DNA of 64,000 nt from Nitrospinales bacterium (GTDB lineage Bacteria > Nitrospinota > Nitrospinia > Nitrospinales > VA-1), in assembly GCA_965223345.1 (NCBI GenBank), contig CBDCWG010000012.1, positions 1,920,001 to 1,984,000 of the forward strand, read 5' to 3'. This document shows positions 49,249 through 57,914 of this stretch, in pieces. How positions within the stretch are numbered: position 1 is the first letter of the stretch; every line of letters starts with the position of its first letter. The translations under genes and the position numbers were made by a program. The notes beneath the pieces were generated by a model. It was not told where the DNA came from, made no database searches, and was given only the letters and a program-made list of their open reading frames with translations.

Positions 49249-49327
49249 CCGCAGGGGAATTGACGTTTCTTTAATTCAGATGCCTGGATTACTATAAAAG
49301 GAAACAGTATTTTCCTTTTTTCAGGCT

Positions 49328-49675
49328 ATGGATTATTACACTGCTTTGATTATAGGCGGGGTGCTGAACGCGGTGATTGTCGCTGCAGCAACCATCGTTT
49401 CCACGATGGCAATAAAGAAATCGTCGGACCGCGAAATGCGGATCAAAGAGGTGTCCCGGATTCTGAAACACCTGTCGAACAATGCTGTGGTTTTATTGTG
49501 TCTGCCCATTTTCCTGACCTGGGTTCTTTCTATCGGTATCAAACTGCTTTGGGGTGCGGCGATATCCAACGTCATATCCGGAGTGCTTCTCATTACCTAT
49601 GCCGTGCTGGGAATCTTTATCGTGTTTTTCTATCTGTACGCGGTGTTTGTCTTGGGTGTGGATGTGGAGAAATAA
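49328..49675 (+). CDS. Hypothetical three-TM membrane protein (cargo)
   Basis: 115-aa hydrophobic ORF lying between two tfoX 3' copies. Confidence 0.7.
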   Translation: MDYYTALIIGGVLNAVIVAAATIVSTMAIKKSSDREMRIKEVSRILKHLSNNAVVLLCLPIFLTWVLSIGIKLLWGAAISNVISGVLLITYAVLGIFIVFFYLYAVFVLGVDVEK

Positions 49676-49677
49676 TG

Positions 49678-49868
49678 AGACGGTTTCCGAATACAGGGAA
49701 TGGGGCATGCGGCCCTTTCAGACCAGTTCCAGACAGACGCTGAAAAACTATTACGAAGTCCCGGCGGACGTCCTGGAAGACGACGATCGGCTGGCCGAAT
49801 GGGCGCAGAATGCGGTGGAGGTGAGTTTGAAGGTTGGTGCTAAAACGAAAAAGGACAAGGGAGTATGA
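49678..49868 (+). pseudogene. Orphan duplicate of the tfoX-like gene 3' half with a different tail
   Basis: 49678-49823 matches 49067-49212 at 137/146 nt; the tail SLKVGAKTKKDKGV* replaces AVQSGGKKQRK*. Confidence 0.92.
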
Positions 49869-50875
49869 AAGAAAAGTTCTTTTACCTCCTTTCTCAAATT
49901 CAAATAAAAAAGCCCTTAAAAAATTTTGGCTTAACAATCTTATTGGTAGTTGCAGTGGCGCTACTTGTGTGGGGATTCTGGCAGGTTCCGAAATGGATGA
50001 TCAATGACTTAAAAAAATCAGCTAGGGGTATAAGCATTGAAAAAAGAATAGAGCTAGAAAGCGATGCACGCAAAACCCTAGCTCAAATAGTGGCAGGATT
50101 CGTTGTTGCCTTAGGCATATATGCTGCTTGGAGGCGCTCTGATGCCCACTTTGAGCAAGTAGCAGTAAGTCAGGAAGCCAATATTACTGAGCGATTCACA
50201 AAAGCTATTGAACAATTAGCGAACAAAGAATCTTTGGCAATTCGTTTGGGGGGTATCTATGCTTTGGAGAGAATAGCGAAAGATTCTTCAAAAGATCTTC
50301 CACAAATTGTAGAAGTACTCACAGCTTTTGTAAGAGAAAATTGTTCTAAAAAGAAGAGAATAGAAATAGTGTTTACTGACGAAGAAGGAAATCAATTAGA
50401 CGAAGAGGGAAGAAATATAGAAAGCATAGAAACGGATATTCAGGCCATCTTGACAGTCCTCGGTCGAATGGATGGAAAACCAGAGATGGATTTGTCAGAA
50501 TTAGACCTCAATAGAGCAAACCTCCGTATGGCAAATCTCAAAGGAATAAATTTTAGTGGGGCAAACTTATTCAGGGCGAATTTCCTTTGTGCTGATCTCA
50601 CGGAAGCAAATTTTGTGATAACAAACCTTTGCTCTGCGGAATTTGCTGGGGTAATTCTTGTTGATGCTGAACTCGCTGGAGGAAATCTTCAAGGCGCTCA
50701 CTTAGGAAGTGCCAAACTTGAAAGAGCAAACCTTTGGGGAACTGATTTAAAAAATACCTTTAATTTGACAGCCAAACAGATCCAAGAATCCAGGATTGAT
50801 AGATCAACAATACTACCCACAAACTTAAAAGTTACTTGGACTTCAGATAATAAATTTACATGTGAGGATGTTTAA
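49865..50875 (+). CDS. AT-rich membrane-anchored pentapeptide-repeat protein
   Basis: Two TM helices, ITERFTKAIEQL..IRLGGIYALERIA, DIQAILTVLG, and A(N/D)L pentapeptide repeats. Confidence 0.9.
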   Translation: MKEKFFYLLSQIQIKKPLKNFGLTILLVVAVALLVWGFWQVPKWMINDLKKSARGISIEKRIELESDARKTLAQIVAGFVVALGIYAAWRRSDAHFEQVAVSQEANITERFTKAIEQLANKESLAIRLGGIYALERIAKDSSKDLPQIVEVLTAFVRENCSKKKRIEIVFTDEEGNQLDEEGRNIESIETDIQAILTVLGRMDGKPEMDLSELDLNRANLRMANLKGINFSGANLFRANFLCADLTEANFVITNLCSAEFAGVILVDAELAGGNLQGAHLGSAKLERANLWGTDLKNTFNLTAKQIQESRIDRSTILPTNLKVTWTSDNKFTCEDV

Positions 50876-50920
50876 TCATTTGGAGTCTAATTTTTGTCAG
50901 TAATTTTTAAATCAATTTTC

Positions 50921-50979
50921 CTTTGCGTCTTCGCGCCTTTGCGCGAGGCCGCTTTTCGCCTTTATCCTGTGATCCTGTC
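50921..50979 (-). repeat. Composite A+B repeat, right end of slot 3 (inverted)
   Basis: Reverse complement is GACAGGATCACAGGATAAAGGCGAAAAGCGGCCTCGCGCAAAGGCGCGAAGACGCAAAG; overlaps the mazG stop codon. Confidence 0.88.
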
Positions 50980-51776
50980 TAACTGCTTTTCTTCGCCTTC
51001 TGCCACAACTGTTCCAGCTCGTCGAGGGGGGTGTCTTTCATCTGTTTGCCGGATTGGGCGAGTTGCTGTTCCATGTACTGAAAGCGCTGGATGAATTTGT
51101 TGTTGGTGCTGCGCAGCGCTTCCTCGGCGTCGATCTTCTGGAAGCGGCCGAGGTTGACCAGCACGAACAGGATGTCGCCGAACTCGCTTTCGATGTCGTT
51201 CTCCCTGCCGGATAACACCGCTTCCTTGAACTCGGCGATTTCCTCGTCCAGCTTGTCGAACACGGCGGTGATCTGATCCCAGTCGAAGCCGTTCTTCGCG
51301 GCTTTCTTCTGCAGCTTCTGCGCCCGCGCCAGACCCGGCAGGTGGTGCGGGATGCCATCGAGCAGCGACTCGCGTTTGGATTTGCCCTTCTCGTTTTTCT
51401 TGATCTCCTCCCACTGGTGTACCACGGCGTCCGGCGTGTCGGCCTCGGCGTCCTTGAAGACGTGCGGGTGCCGGTGCACCATCTTCTCGCTGATGGTGTT
51501 CACCACGTCCTGAATGGCGAACTCCTGGTTGTTCTCGGCGATCTTGGCGTGAAACAGGATCTGGTAGAGCAGGTCGCCCAGTTCTTCCTTGATGGCGTCG
51601 GGATCATTGCTGTCGAGCGCTTCCAGGGTTTCGTAGGCTTCCTCGACGAGATAGGGTTTCAGCGATTCGCGGGTCTGTACGCGGTCCCAAGGGCAGCCGT
51701 TTTCGCTCATCAGGGCGTTGACGATGGCGACGAGGTTGTTGAAGGCTTCGGCCGGGTCGTTGCTGTGGGTTTTCAT
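50979..51776 (-). CDS. mazG: Nucleoside triphosphate pyrophosphohydrolase MazG
   Basis: GCPWD..QT, EEAYE, EELGDLL, HRHPHVF, GFDW and EFGDILF motifs. Confidence 0.96.
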   Translation of the reverse strand: MKTHSNDPAEAFNNLVAIVNALMSENGCPWDRVQTRESLKPYLVEEAYETLEALDSNDPDAIKEELGDLLYQILFHAKIAENNQEFAIQDVVNTISEKMVHRHPHVFKDAEADTPDAVVHQWEEIKKNEKGKSKRESLLDGIPHHLPGLARAQKLQKKAAKNGFDWDQITAVFDKLDEEIAEFKEAVLSGRENDIESEFGDILFVLVNLGRFQKIDAEEALRSTNNKFIQRFQYMEQQLAQSGKQMKDTPLDELEQLWQKAKKSS

Positions 51777-51824
51777 AAGATCGTTACGCTTCATTCAAAG
51801 TTAGAGATAGATTGAGTCGGAAAA

Positions 51825-52970
51825 TCAGTTCGTGTCGATGAATTCCAGAATCACCGAATCGGCGAGATACAGGCCTTCGGGCGACAGGGCGAGCCGCCCG
51901 CCTTCCAGTGTGATGAGTTTTTTTGCCATCAGATCGCGCGCTGTCTCGCCGTACACGGTGTCAAACGAAGTGTCGAAGCGTTTTTCAAACGCGCCGATGG
52001 GAACGCCTTCGAGCAGACGCAGCCCGAGCATGAGGGTTTCGCCCATGACCTGGCGCGGCTTAAGCCGTTCGGCGAATTCCACCGCCTGCCCGGTTTCCTC
52101 GACTTCCTGGATGTAGCGCGAGGGAAGGTTGCGGTTTTTAAAACGCGCGCCGTCGAGGTATGACACCGCGCCCGCGCCGAGGCCCAGGGTGTCGGCGTTG
52201 TGCCAGTAGGTCAGGTTGTGGCGGCACTGTTTCCCCGGCTTGCAGAAATTGGAGATTTCGTAATGCTCGTAGCCCGCGGCTTTTAGAACATCGATGGTTT
52301 TTTTGTACTGCGCAAGCTGCAACTCCTCCGGCGGCATCTTAAGTTTGCCCTGCGCGTGCAGTTTGTGAAACGCGGTGCCCGGTTCGATGGTCAGGTTGTA
52401 GGTGGAGAGATGCGGCGGATCGAACGCCAGCGCTTTTTGTAAATGGCTTTCCCACTTTTCGAGACTCTGGCCCGGAAGGGCGAACATCAGATCCAGCGAA
52501 TAATTGTCGAACCCGGCCTGCTGGATGGACTCGACGGTGCGGTGCACATCCGCCACATCGTGGATGCGCTCCAGCAGTTTGAGCTCGTCTGCGTCGAAAG
52601 ACTGCACGCCGATGCTGATGCGGTTGACCCCGGCCAATTTGAGGGTTTTGAGGGCCTCGGGCGTCAGGGTGGCCGGGTTGGCCTCGACAGTGATCTCGCA
52701 ATTTGAGTCGATATCAAAGTGCCGGGCACAGGCCGCAAGCAGGGCCTCCAGCGAGGAGGCGGGCAGGGTGGTGGGGGTGCCGCCGCCCAGAAAGATCGAA
52801 TGCAGCCTGGGTTTTGCCTCGAAACCCTGCGCCCGGTGTGCCATCTCCTTCAGGCAGGCGGCCACGTAGGCGTCGGTTTCCCCGCTGTTTACCGGGTGCG
52901 AGTTGAAATCGCAGTAGCCGCATTTGTGCACGCAGTAGGGAATGTGGATGTATAAACCCAGGGAGTTCAT
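51825..52970 (-). CDS. hemW: Radical SAM heme chaperone HemW
   Basis: LYIHIPYCVHKCGYCDFNS, GGGTPT, YEISNF and HNLTYW motifs. Confidence 0.92.
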   Translation of the reverse strand: MNSLGLYIHIPYCVHKCGYCDFNSHPVNSGETDAYVAACLKEMAHRAQGFEAKPRLHSIFLGGGTPTTLPASSLEALLAACARHFDIDSNCEITVEANPATLTPEALKTLKLAGVNRISIGVQSFDADELKLLERIHDVADVHRTVESIQQAGFDNYSLDLMFALPGQSLEKWESHLQKALAFDPPHLSTYNLTIEPGTAFHKLHAQGKLKMPPEELQLAQYKKTIDVLKAAGYEHYEISNFCKPGKQCRHNLTYWHNADTLGLGAGAVSYLDGARFKNRNLPSRYIQEVEETGQAVEFAERLKPRQVMGETLMLGLRLLEGVPIGAFEKRFDTSFDTVYGETARDLMAKKLITLEGGRLALSPEGLYLADSVILEFIDTN

Positions 52971-53170
52971 GGTAAAATCGAGTGTTGAACGGCCTCCTTT
53001 TTTCCGGGAAGCGGGGCCTTTTTTAGGTGCTTTTCGGGCGATTTTTGCCGCCCGCTGCATCCGCCGGACGGCTAAACGACGCCAGCCAAAGGGCTTGCGT
53101 GCGTCGGGCCCAGTGTACACCGTATTGCTTTGAGCTTGCGAATTTAAATGGACATCCCCACTCAGACCGC

Positions 53171-54088
53171 GTGAATACGGAAACGGATTACAGATCCGGA
53201 TACGTCAGCATCATCGGCAAACCCAATGTCGGAAAATCCACCCTCCTGAATCGTCTGGTTCCCAGAAAGATCGCGGCGATGTCGGGCAAACCGCAGACCA
53301 CGCGCAACAAGATCACCGGCGTGGTGCATCTGCCCGGCGGTCAGGTCATCCTGGTGGACACGCCCGGCATTCATCAATCGACGGCGAAGCTGAATCAGCT
53401 GATGGTGCGGGCGAGTCTGAGCACGCTCAATGATGTCGATCTGATCCTGTTCGTCATCGACGCGAAGGAGGGGTTCCGGCCGGAGGACGAATTCGTGCTG
53501 CAGGCGCTGGACAAGGTGGAAACGCCGAAAATCCTGGCGATCAACAAGATCGACCTGGTGCCCAAGCCGCGGATCCTGGAGCTGATGGCCGAGCTCAACG
53601 AGCGCGCCGCGTTCGCCGAGATCGTGCCGATCTCCGCCCTCAACCGGGACGGGCTGGATATCCTGGGGGCGGTGCTGCTCAAGCGGCTGCCGGTGGGGCC
53701 GCGCTATTTTCCGGAGGACATGATCACCGACTGCCCGGAGGAATTCTTGATGGGCGAGATCATCCGCGAGAAGATCATCCACCAGACGCACCAGGAATTG
53801 CCCTATTCGGTGGCGGTGACGGTCGATTCGGTGCAGGAGAACGAGCGCGGCGTGCTGATGCTGGACGCCACGGTGGTAGCGGAAAAACCGTCGCAGAAAA
53901 AGATCCTGATCGGCAACAAGGGCGCGATGCTGAAGAAAGTGGGCACCCTGGCGCGGAAAGAAATCGAGAAACGTTTTGCCATCAAAACCTATCTAAGACT
54001 ATTTGTGAAGGTCAAATCCCGCTGGCGGGAGAACGACCGGTCCATTCAGGAATTCGGATACGCGCATGATTCATATAAAGAGCGATGA
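53171..54088 (+). CDS. era: GTPase Era
   Basis: GKPNVGKS, PQTTR, DTPG, NKID, ELPYS and a KH domain; GTG start. Confidence 0.96.
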   Translation: MNTETDYRSGYVSIIGKPNVGKSTLLNRLVPRKIAAMSGKPQTTRNKITGVVHLPGGQVILVDTPGIHQSTAKLNQLMVRASLSTLNDVDLILFVIDAKEGFRPEDEFVLQALDKVETPKILAINKIDLVPKPRILELMAELNERAAFAEIVPISALNRDGLDILGAVLLKRLPVGPRYFPEDMITDCPEEFLMGEIIREKIIHQTHQELPYSVAVTVDSVQENERGVLMLDATVVAEKPSQKKILIGNKGAMLKKVGTLARKEIEKRFAIKTYLRLFVKVKSRWRENDRSIQEFGYAHDSYKER

Positions 54089-54830
54089 AGAAATCGAGGT
54101 CATGAAGGAGTCCTGCCGCCTGGCGGCGGAGGTGCTGCTGATGATCGAGCCCTATGTGAAGCCGGGGGTCACCACCGGCGAGCTCAACGACATCTGCCAC
54201 GACTACATCGTGGCGAAGGGCGCCATTCCCTCGCCGCTGAATTACCGCGGGTTCCCCAAGAGCATCTGCTCGTCGGTGAACGATGAGATTTGCCACGGCA
54301 TCCCCTCGGACCGCAAGCTGCGCAACGGCGACGTGGTGAACCTGGATATCACGACCTACTTCAAGGATTTTCACGGCGACACCAGCAAGACCTTCTTCGT
54401 GGGGTCGCCGCGCTCGAAAGCCGCCAAGTTGGTGGACACCTGCCGGGAAGCGCTGCAGCGCGGCATCGAGGCGGTGAAGCCGGGCGCGCGCACCGGCGAC
54501 ATCGGGCACGCCATCCAGAAATTCGTCGAGCCCCGGGGCTACTCCATCGTGCGCGAGTTCTGCGGCCACGGGATCGGCCGGAACTTTCACGAGGAGCCGC
54601 AGATCCTGCACTTCGGCCAGAAAGGGGAGGGCGTGGAACTCAAGCGCGGCATGGTGTTCACCATCGAGCCCATGATCAACCAGGGACGTCCCGACCTCAA
54701 GATCCTTCCCGACAAGTGGACGGCGGTCACGAAAGACGGATCGCTGTCCGCCCAGTTCGAGCACACCCTGTGCGTCACCGCAGACGGCGCGGAAGTGCTC
54801 ACCCGCCTCGACGGCAAGACCCGCTTCTGA
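54066..54830 (+). CDS. map: Methionine aminopeptidase type I
   Basis: CHGIP, HGDTS, GHGIG..FHEEP, FTIEPM and AQFEHT motifs. Confidence 0.97.
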   Translation: MIHIKSDEEIEVMKESCRLAAEVLLMIEPYVKPGVTTGELNDICHDYIVAKGAIPSPLNYRGFPKSICSSVNDEICHGIPSDRKLRNGDVVNLDITTYFKDFHGDTSKTFFVGSPRSKAAKLVDTCREALQRGIEAVKPGARTGDIGHAIQKFVEPRGYSIVREFCGHGIGRNFHEEPQILHFGQKGEGVELKRGMVFTIEPMINQGRPDLKILPDKWTAVTKDGSLSAQFEHTLCVTADGAEVLTRLDGKTRF

Positions 54831-55125
54831 AAAAAATCCTCAAACTTCATTTTTTCCTTCTTGATAGCTGTTTTCGTTTTGCTGATTGCACGGTTCGCCG
54901 AGCTGCGTCAAGCGCCTGTTTTTGCGGGCTCGTAACTGTGCGCGGGGTTTCGATGTTTCTACCGGGTTTCCGGAACTGATACCCATTCTCACTTTGTGGG
55001 TTGATAGTAACTCGTTTAAAAATAATACTTTGAAAGCGAATTGGGATTTGATAACGTGATCGAAGATCCCGTCTTAGCACAGGAACCGTTGCGCATTCAC
55101 TATTTTCTATTCAGGAGGAATCACC

Positions 55126-55596
55126 ATGCAAGGGGACGCAAAGGTCATCGAGGCGTTGAACGATGTTCTCATGGCGGAACTGACCGCCATCAATATTTAT
55201 TACATTCATTACAAGATGCAGGAAAACTGGGGCTACAAAAAGCTGGCGCATCATTCCCGGGAAGAATCGATGGGAGAGATGAAGCACGGCGATCAGGTGA
55301 TCGAGCGGATCCTGTTCCTCGACGGGGTTCCCAACATGGCGCGCTACGACGAGGTGCTGGTGGGCGATACCTGTGAAGAGCAGCTCAAGAACGAATACAC
55401 GATCGAGACCCGCCATGTGGAGCGGCTGCGCAACCACATCCAGCTTTGTATCGATAAAAAGGATTTCGGCACCAAGGAGATTCTCGACTCGATTCTGGAA
55501 GAAACGGAAGAGAGTGTGGACTGGCTGGAAACGCAGTTTCAGCGCATCAAGGATGTCGGCATCGAAAACTACCTGGCCGAGCACATGCACGATTGA
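55126..55596 (+). CDS. bfr: Bacterioferritin
   Basis: MQGDAKVIEALN..L..ELTAIN.Y, EMKH, ERILFLDGVPN and G.ENYL motifs; AGGAGG RBS. Confidence 0.95.
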   Translation: MQGDAKVIEALNDVLMAELTAINIYYIHYKMQENWGYKKLAHHSREESMGEMKHGDQVIERILFLDGVPNMARYDEVLVGDTCEEQLKNEYTIETRHVERLRNHIQLCIDKKDFGTKEILDSILEETEESVDWLETQFQRIKDVGIENYLAEHMHD

Positions 55597-55602
55597 TTGC
55601 AG

Positions 55603-55634
55603 GGCGTCCGGATTCTCAACAGAATCCGGACGCC
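55603..55634. terminator. 14-bp hairpin between the convergent bfr and fur genes
   Basis: GGCGTCCGGATTCT-caac-AGAATCCGGACGCC; no clear U-tail. Confidence 0.6.
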
Positions 55635-55644
55635 GCTGCGGTTT

Positions 55645-56115
55645 TCAACCGCCGTTCTTTCTGGCCGTCGCTGTGGAATGGGACTTCTGGCACTCGGGGC
55701 AGATGCCGGTGATTTCCATGCGGTGATGGTTCAGGGTGAACCCGTGCGATTGGCAGACTTCCAGTTGGTACTTTTCGATGAGCGGGTGCTCGAATTCCAC
55801 GATCTTCCCGCATTGCAGACAAATGAGATGATCGTGGTGCCCCTGCCGGTACAGCTTTTCGTAAAACCGCTTGCCTTTCGTCCCCGCGCTGTCGTGCTCG
55901 CGCACCAGACCGCATTCGGTCAGCAGGTTCATGGTCCGGTACACCGTGGCGATGCCGATGGAAGCGTCCCTCCTCAACACCGCCTCGTGCAATTCGGGGA
56001 TCCTCACATGCCCGTCGAATTGCAAAAACACCTCCAGCACAATTTGACGCTGAAACGTCCAGCGCAGGCGTTGCTCTTTCAGGAAATCCTTGAATATCTG
56101 GGCTTCTCCCAGCAT
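55645..56115 (-). CDS. fur: Fur family transcriptional regulator
   Basis: T.QR, ATVYRT, HHDHLICLQCG and CPEC motifs. Confidence 0.93.
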   Translation of the reverse strand: MLGEAQIFKDFLKEQRLRWTFQRQIVLEVFLQFDGHVRIPELHEAVLRRDASIGIATVYRTMNLLTECGLVREHDSAGTKGKRFYEKLYRQGHHDHLICLQCGKIVEFEHPLIEKYQLEVCQSHGFTLNHHRMEITGICPECQKSHSTATARKNGG

Positions 56116-56132
56116 GGGCGCTCCTCAACTCT

Positions 56133-56151
56133 ATAAATGAGACTCATTATC
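56133..56151. promoter_or_regulatory. Fur box upstream of fur
   Basis: ATAAATGAGACTCATTATC, 14/19 to the consensus GATAATGATAATCATTATC. Confidence 0.8.
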
Positions 56152-56289
56152 AATATATAGAATCGCTTTGCAACTGAAAAAGGACTCAAACCGCCGGGAT
56201 CGCCGCATTTTCCGGAAGATGCAAAAGGTCTTGACCTATAATATTGATTTATATGGGATTAAAAATTTTCACGGTGATGAAAATTTTTG

Positions 56290-56335
56290 TTGACGCAGGA
56301 GGGGAAAGGGACTACTATATTGATAACCGTTCTCA
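56290..56335 (+). promoter_or_regulatory. Sigma70 promoter with an adjacent Fur box
   Basis: TTGACG-17 nt-TACTAT (56290-56318), then 7-1-7 box TGATAAC-C-GTTCTCA (56321-56335). Confidence 0.72.
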
Positions 56336-56364
56336 ACTAACTCGTTTGAGGGGAACACTTCAAG

Positions 56365-56619
56365 ATGAAACAGAAAAACAGAGTGATTCGAATATGCAGC
56401 GGGGCAGGGTGCAAGGCCTGGAATTCCGAGAGCATGGCCCGCAAGCTGGAAGGGCAGAGTGGCGGTCGAGTCCGGGTCTGCCGGGTGTCCTGCATGAAAA
56501 ATTGCGGCGGCGGTTTCAGTGTCGTGGATTCTTCAGCGCAGAAGATCATGAAGATCCGCCAGCCGGATGAAGCGATCCGCATTTTATTCGCGCAAGGGGC
56601 ACAGGCTGCTATGGCTTAG
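56365..56619 (+). CDS. Thioredoxin-like [2Fe-2S] ferredoxin
   Basis: ICSGAGC...CRVSCMKNCGGG cysteine pattern; GAGGGG RBS. Confidence 0.75.
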   Translation: MKQKNRVIRICSGAGCKAWNSESMARKLEGQSGGRVRVCRVSCMKNCGGGFSVVDSSAQKIMKIRQPDEAIRILFAQGAQAAMA

Positions 56620-56649
56620 CCCCTGTTTTATATTTTTTTACTTTATTAA

Positions 56650-56664
56650 TGATAATGGATATCA
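56650..56664. promoter_or_regulatory. Fur box
   Basis: TGATAAT-G-GATATCA 7-1-7 match. Confidence 0.7.
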
Positions 56665-56795
56665 AAATCAAATGATGGGGCGATCCCGCGATCGTGCCAC
56701 GAGGTTGGGGATGCAAGCTGCAAAGACACCACGCTTTAAGTGAGCAGTTTGTCGTCTTCAAATCGTTCTTCCCATTCAACCTGTAGGAATTTGAC

Positions 56796-57224
56796 ATGCC
56801 GCTTTCGCCGAAACGGATTTTACTCGTCGATGGGGAACCGCAGCAGCGCATTCCCATCCTCACCATGCTGAAACGCTTCGGCTACATCGTGCAGACCGCC
56901 GGCCAGAGCCGGGTGGCGGACGCGATGCTGAAAAAGCACCGCTTCGATCTGATCATCGTGAACGACCGTCTGGCGGACATTGCCGGCAAGGAGTACCTGC
57001 GGCGCATCGGCAAAGAAAATGGCGGCAAGATGATTTTTCTTTCCAGCCAGGGCAGCGTCGAGGAATTTGTGCAGATCATCCAGCTGGGAGCGTTCGAGTA
57101 CGTCCGCAAGCCGATCAGCCCGGTGCAGTTTGCGGTGATCGTTTGCGACTTTTTCATCGAAAGCCTCAAAGACTATCAGATGCCGCTCGAAAAACTGGAA
57201 CCCGGCCGCAGGCTCGGGGCATGA
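56796..57224 (+). CDS. Stand-alone receiver-domain protein (atypical)
   Basis: RILLVDG, FDLIIVND and GAFEYVRKP receiver pattern. Confidence 0.82.
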   Translation: MPLSPKRILLVDGEPQQRIPILTMLKRFGYIVQTAGQSRVADAMLKKHRFDLIIVNDRLADIAGKEYLRRIGKENGGKMIFLSSQGSVEEFVQIIQLGAFEYVRKPISPVQFAVIVCDFFIESLKDYQMPLEKLEPGRRLGA

Positions 57225-57346
57225 GAATTTTGTGGGCGATCAACGTCATTCTGGCTGTCGTTGCGTTGATGTTGATCAGCTCGATCATGGTGCGATGGAT
57301 ATTTTTCACTCTGGTTGCAGGGGACGTCCCGGCGGCACTGAAGTGA
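57221..57346 (+). CDS. Small single-TM peptide (41 aa)
   Basis: MRILWAINVILAVVALMLISSIMVRWIFF...; ATGA overlap with the upstream stop. Confidence 0.5.
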   Translation: MRILWAINVILAVVALMLISSIMVRWIFFTLVAGDVPAALK

Positions 57347-57791
57347 CCGGAAAAAGTAAAGGAGCAGAATCGGTTAAACCGTATTGAGATTTGGGTTTTC
57401 AGCGTTCTAAACCAACGGGTGCGGGGAACGGCTGGAAATCCGAAGGGTGGAGGGGGGTTGCGCCCCCTCCATTTCAAAAGCAAGCGCATAGGGGACCCTT
57501 AAAGAGGGTTCCTTTTCATTCCGGGTTGTGGCCGGAAACCCTCCCCAGCGAATGAAGCGAGTCCTTCTGGCGGGTTTTATTTTCCAAAAGGCAATGTTGT
57601 TTATTATTCAGAGTCGTGCGGGTGGTTTGCGCGCGGGATTGGGTGATCCGCTTTTTCCGCGACCATTCAGGCTAAGCATAAGCTGCTGATAAAAAACAGA
57701 TTTTTGTATTATTGACTCGAACCGCCGCATGCCGGTGGGCGCTTTCCCGCCTCAATCTCCTGAATTTAAAAATATTTATATAAAAAAGGAT

Positions 57792-57832
57792 TTGACAGAA
57801 GAGGCTAAATAAATATAATGAGAACCATTATC
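57792..57832 (+). promoter_or_regulatory. Consensus sigma70 promoter overlapped by a Fur box
   Basis: TTGACA (57792-57797)-16 nt-TATAAT (57814-57819); Fur box TATAATGAGAACCATTATC (57814-57832) matches consensus at 16/19. Confidence 0.88.
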
Positions 57833-57914
57833 AAAAAATAGGCCCGCAGCACTGGTTAAATCGCTTGAATATTAATCAGTTGTGCAACTTTGCCTCAATG
57901 AGGAGGGAGAAGTA

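Noticed and set aside
49554..49868. 104-aa ORF ending in TfoX-like sequence as a second full tfoX gene
   Set aside because: Its N-terminal half is an alternative frame of the 49328-49675 gene; only 49678 onward is tfoX-derived.
50894..51094. Short ORFs at 50894-51094 and 61583-61789 share FLC..A.LRE..YPVILSN and look like a small paralogous family
   Set aside because: The similarity is only the translation of the B'A' repeat, and both ORFs run antisense into real genes (mazG, PseG-like).
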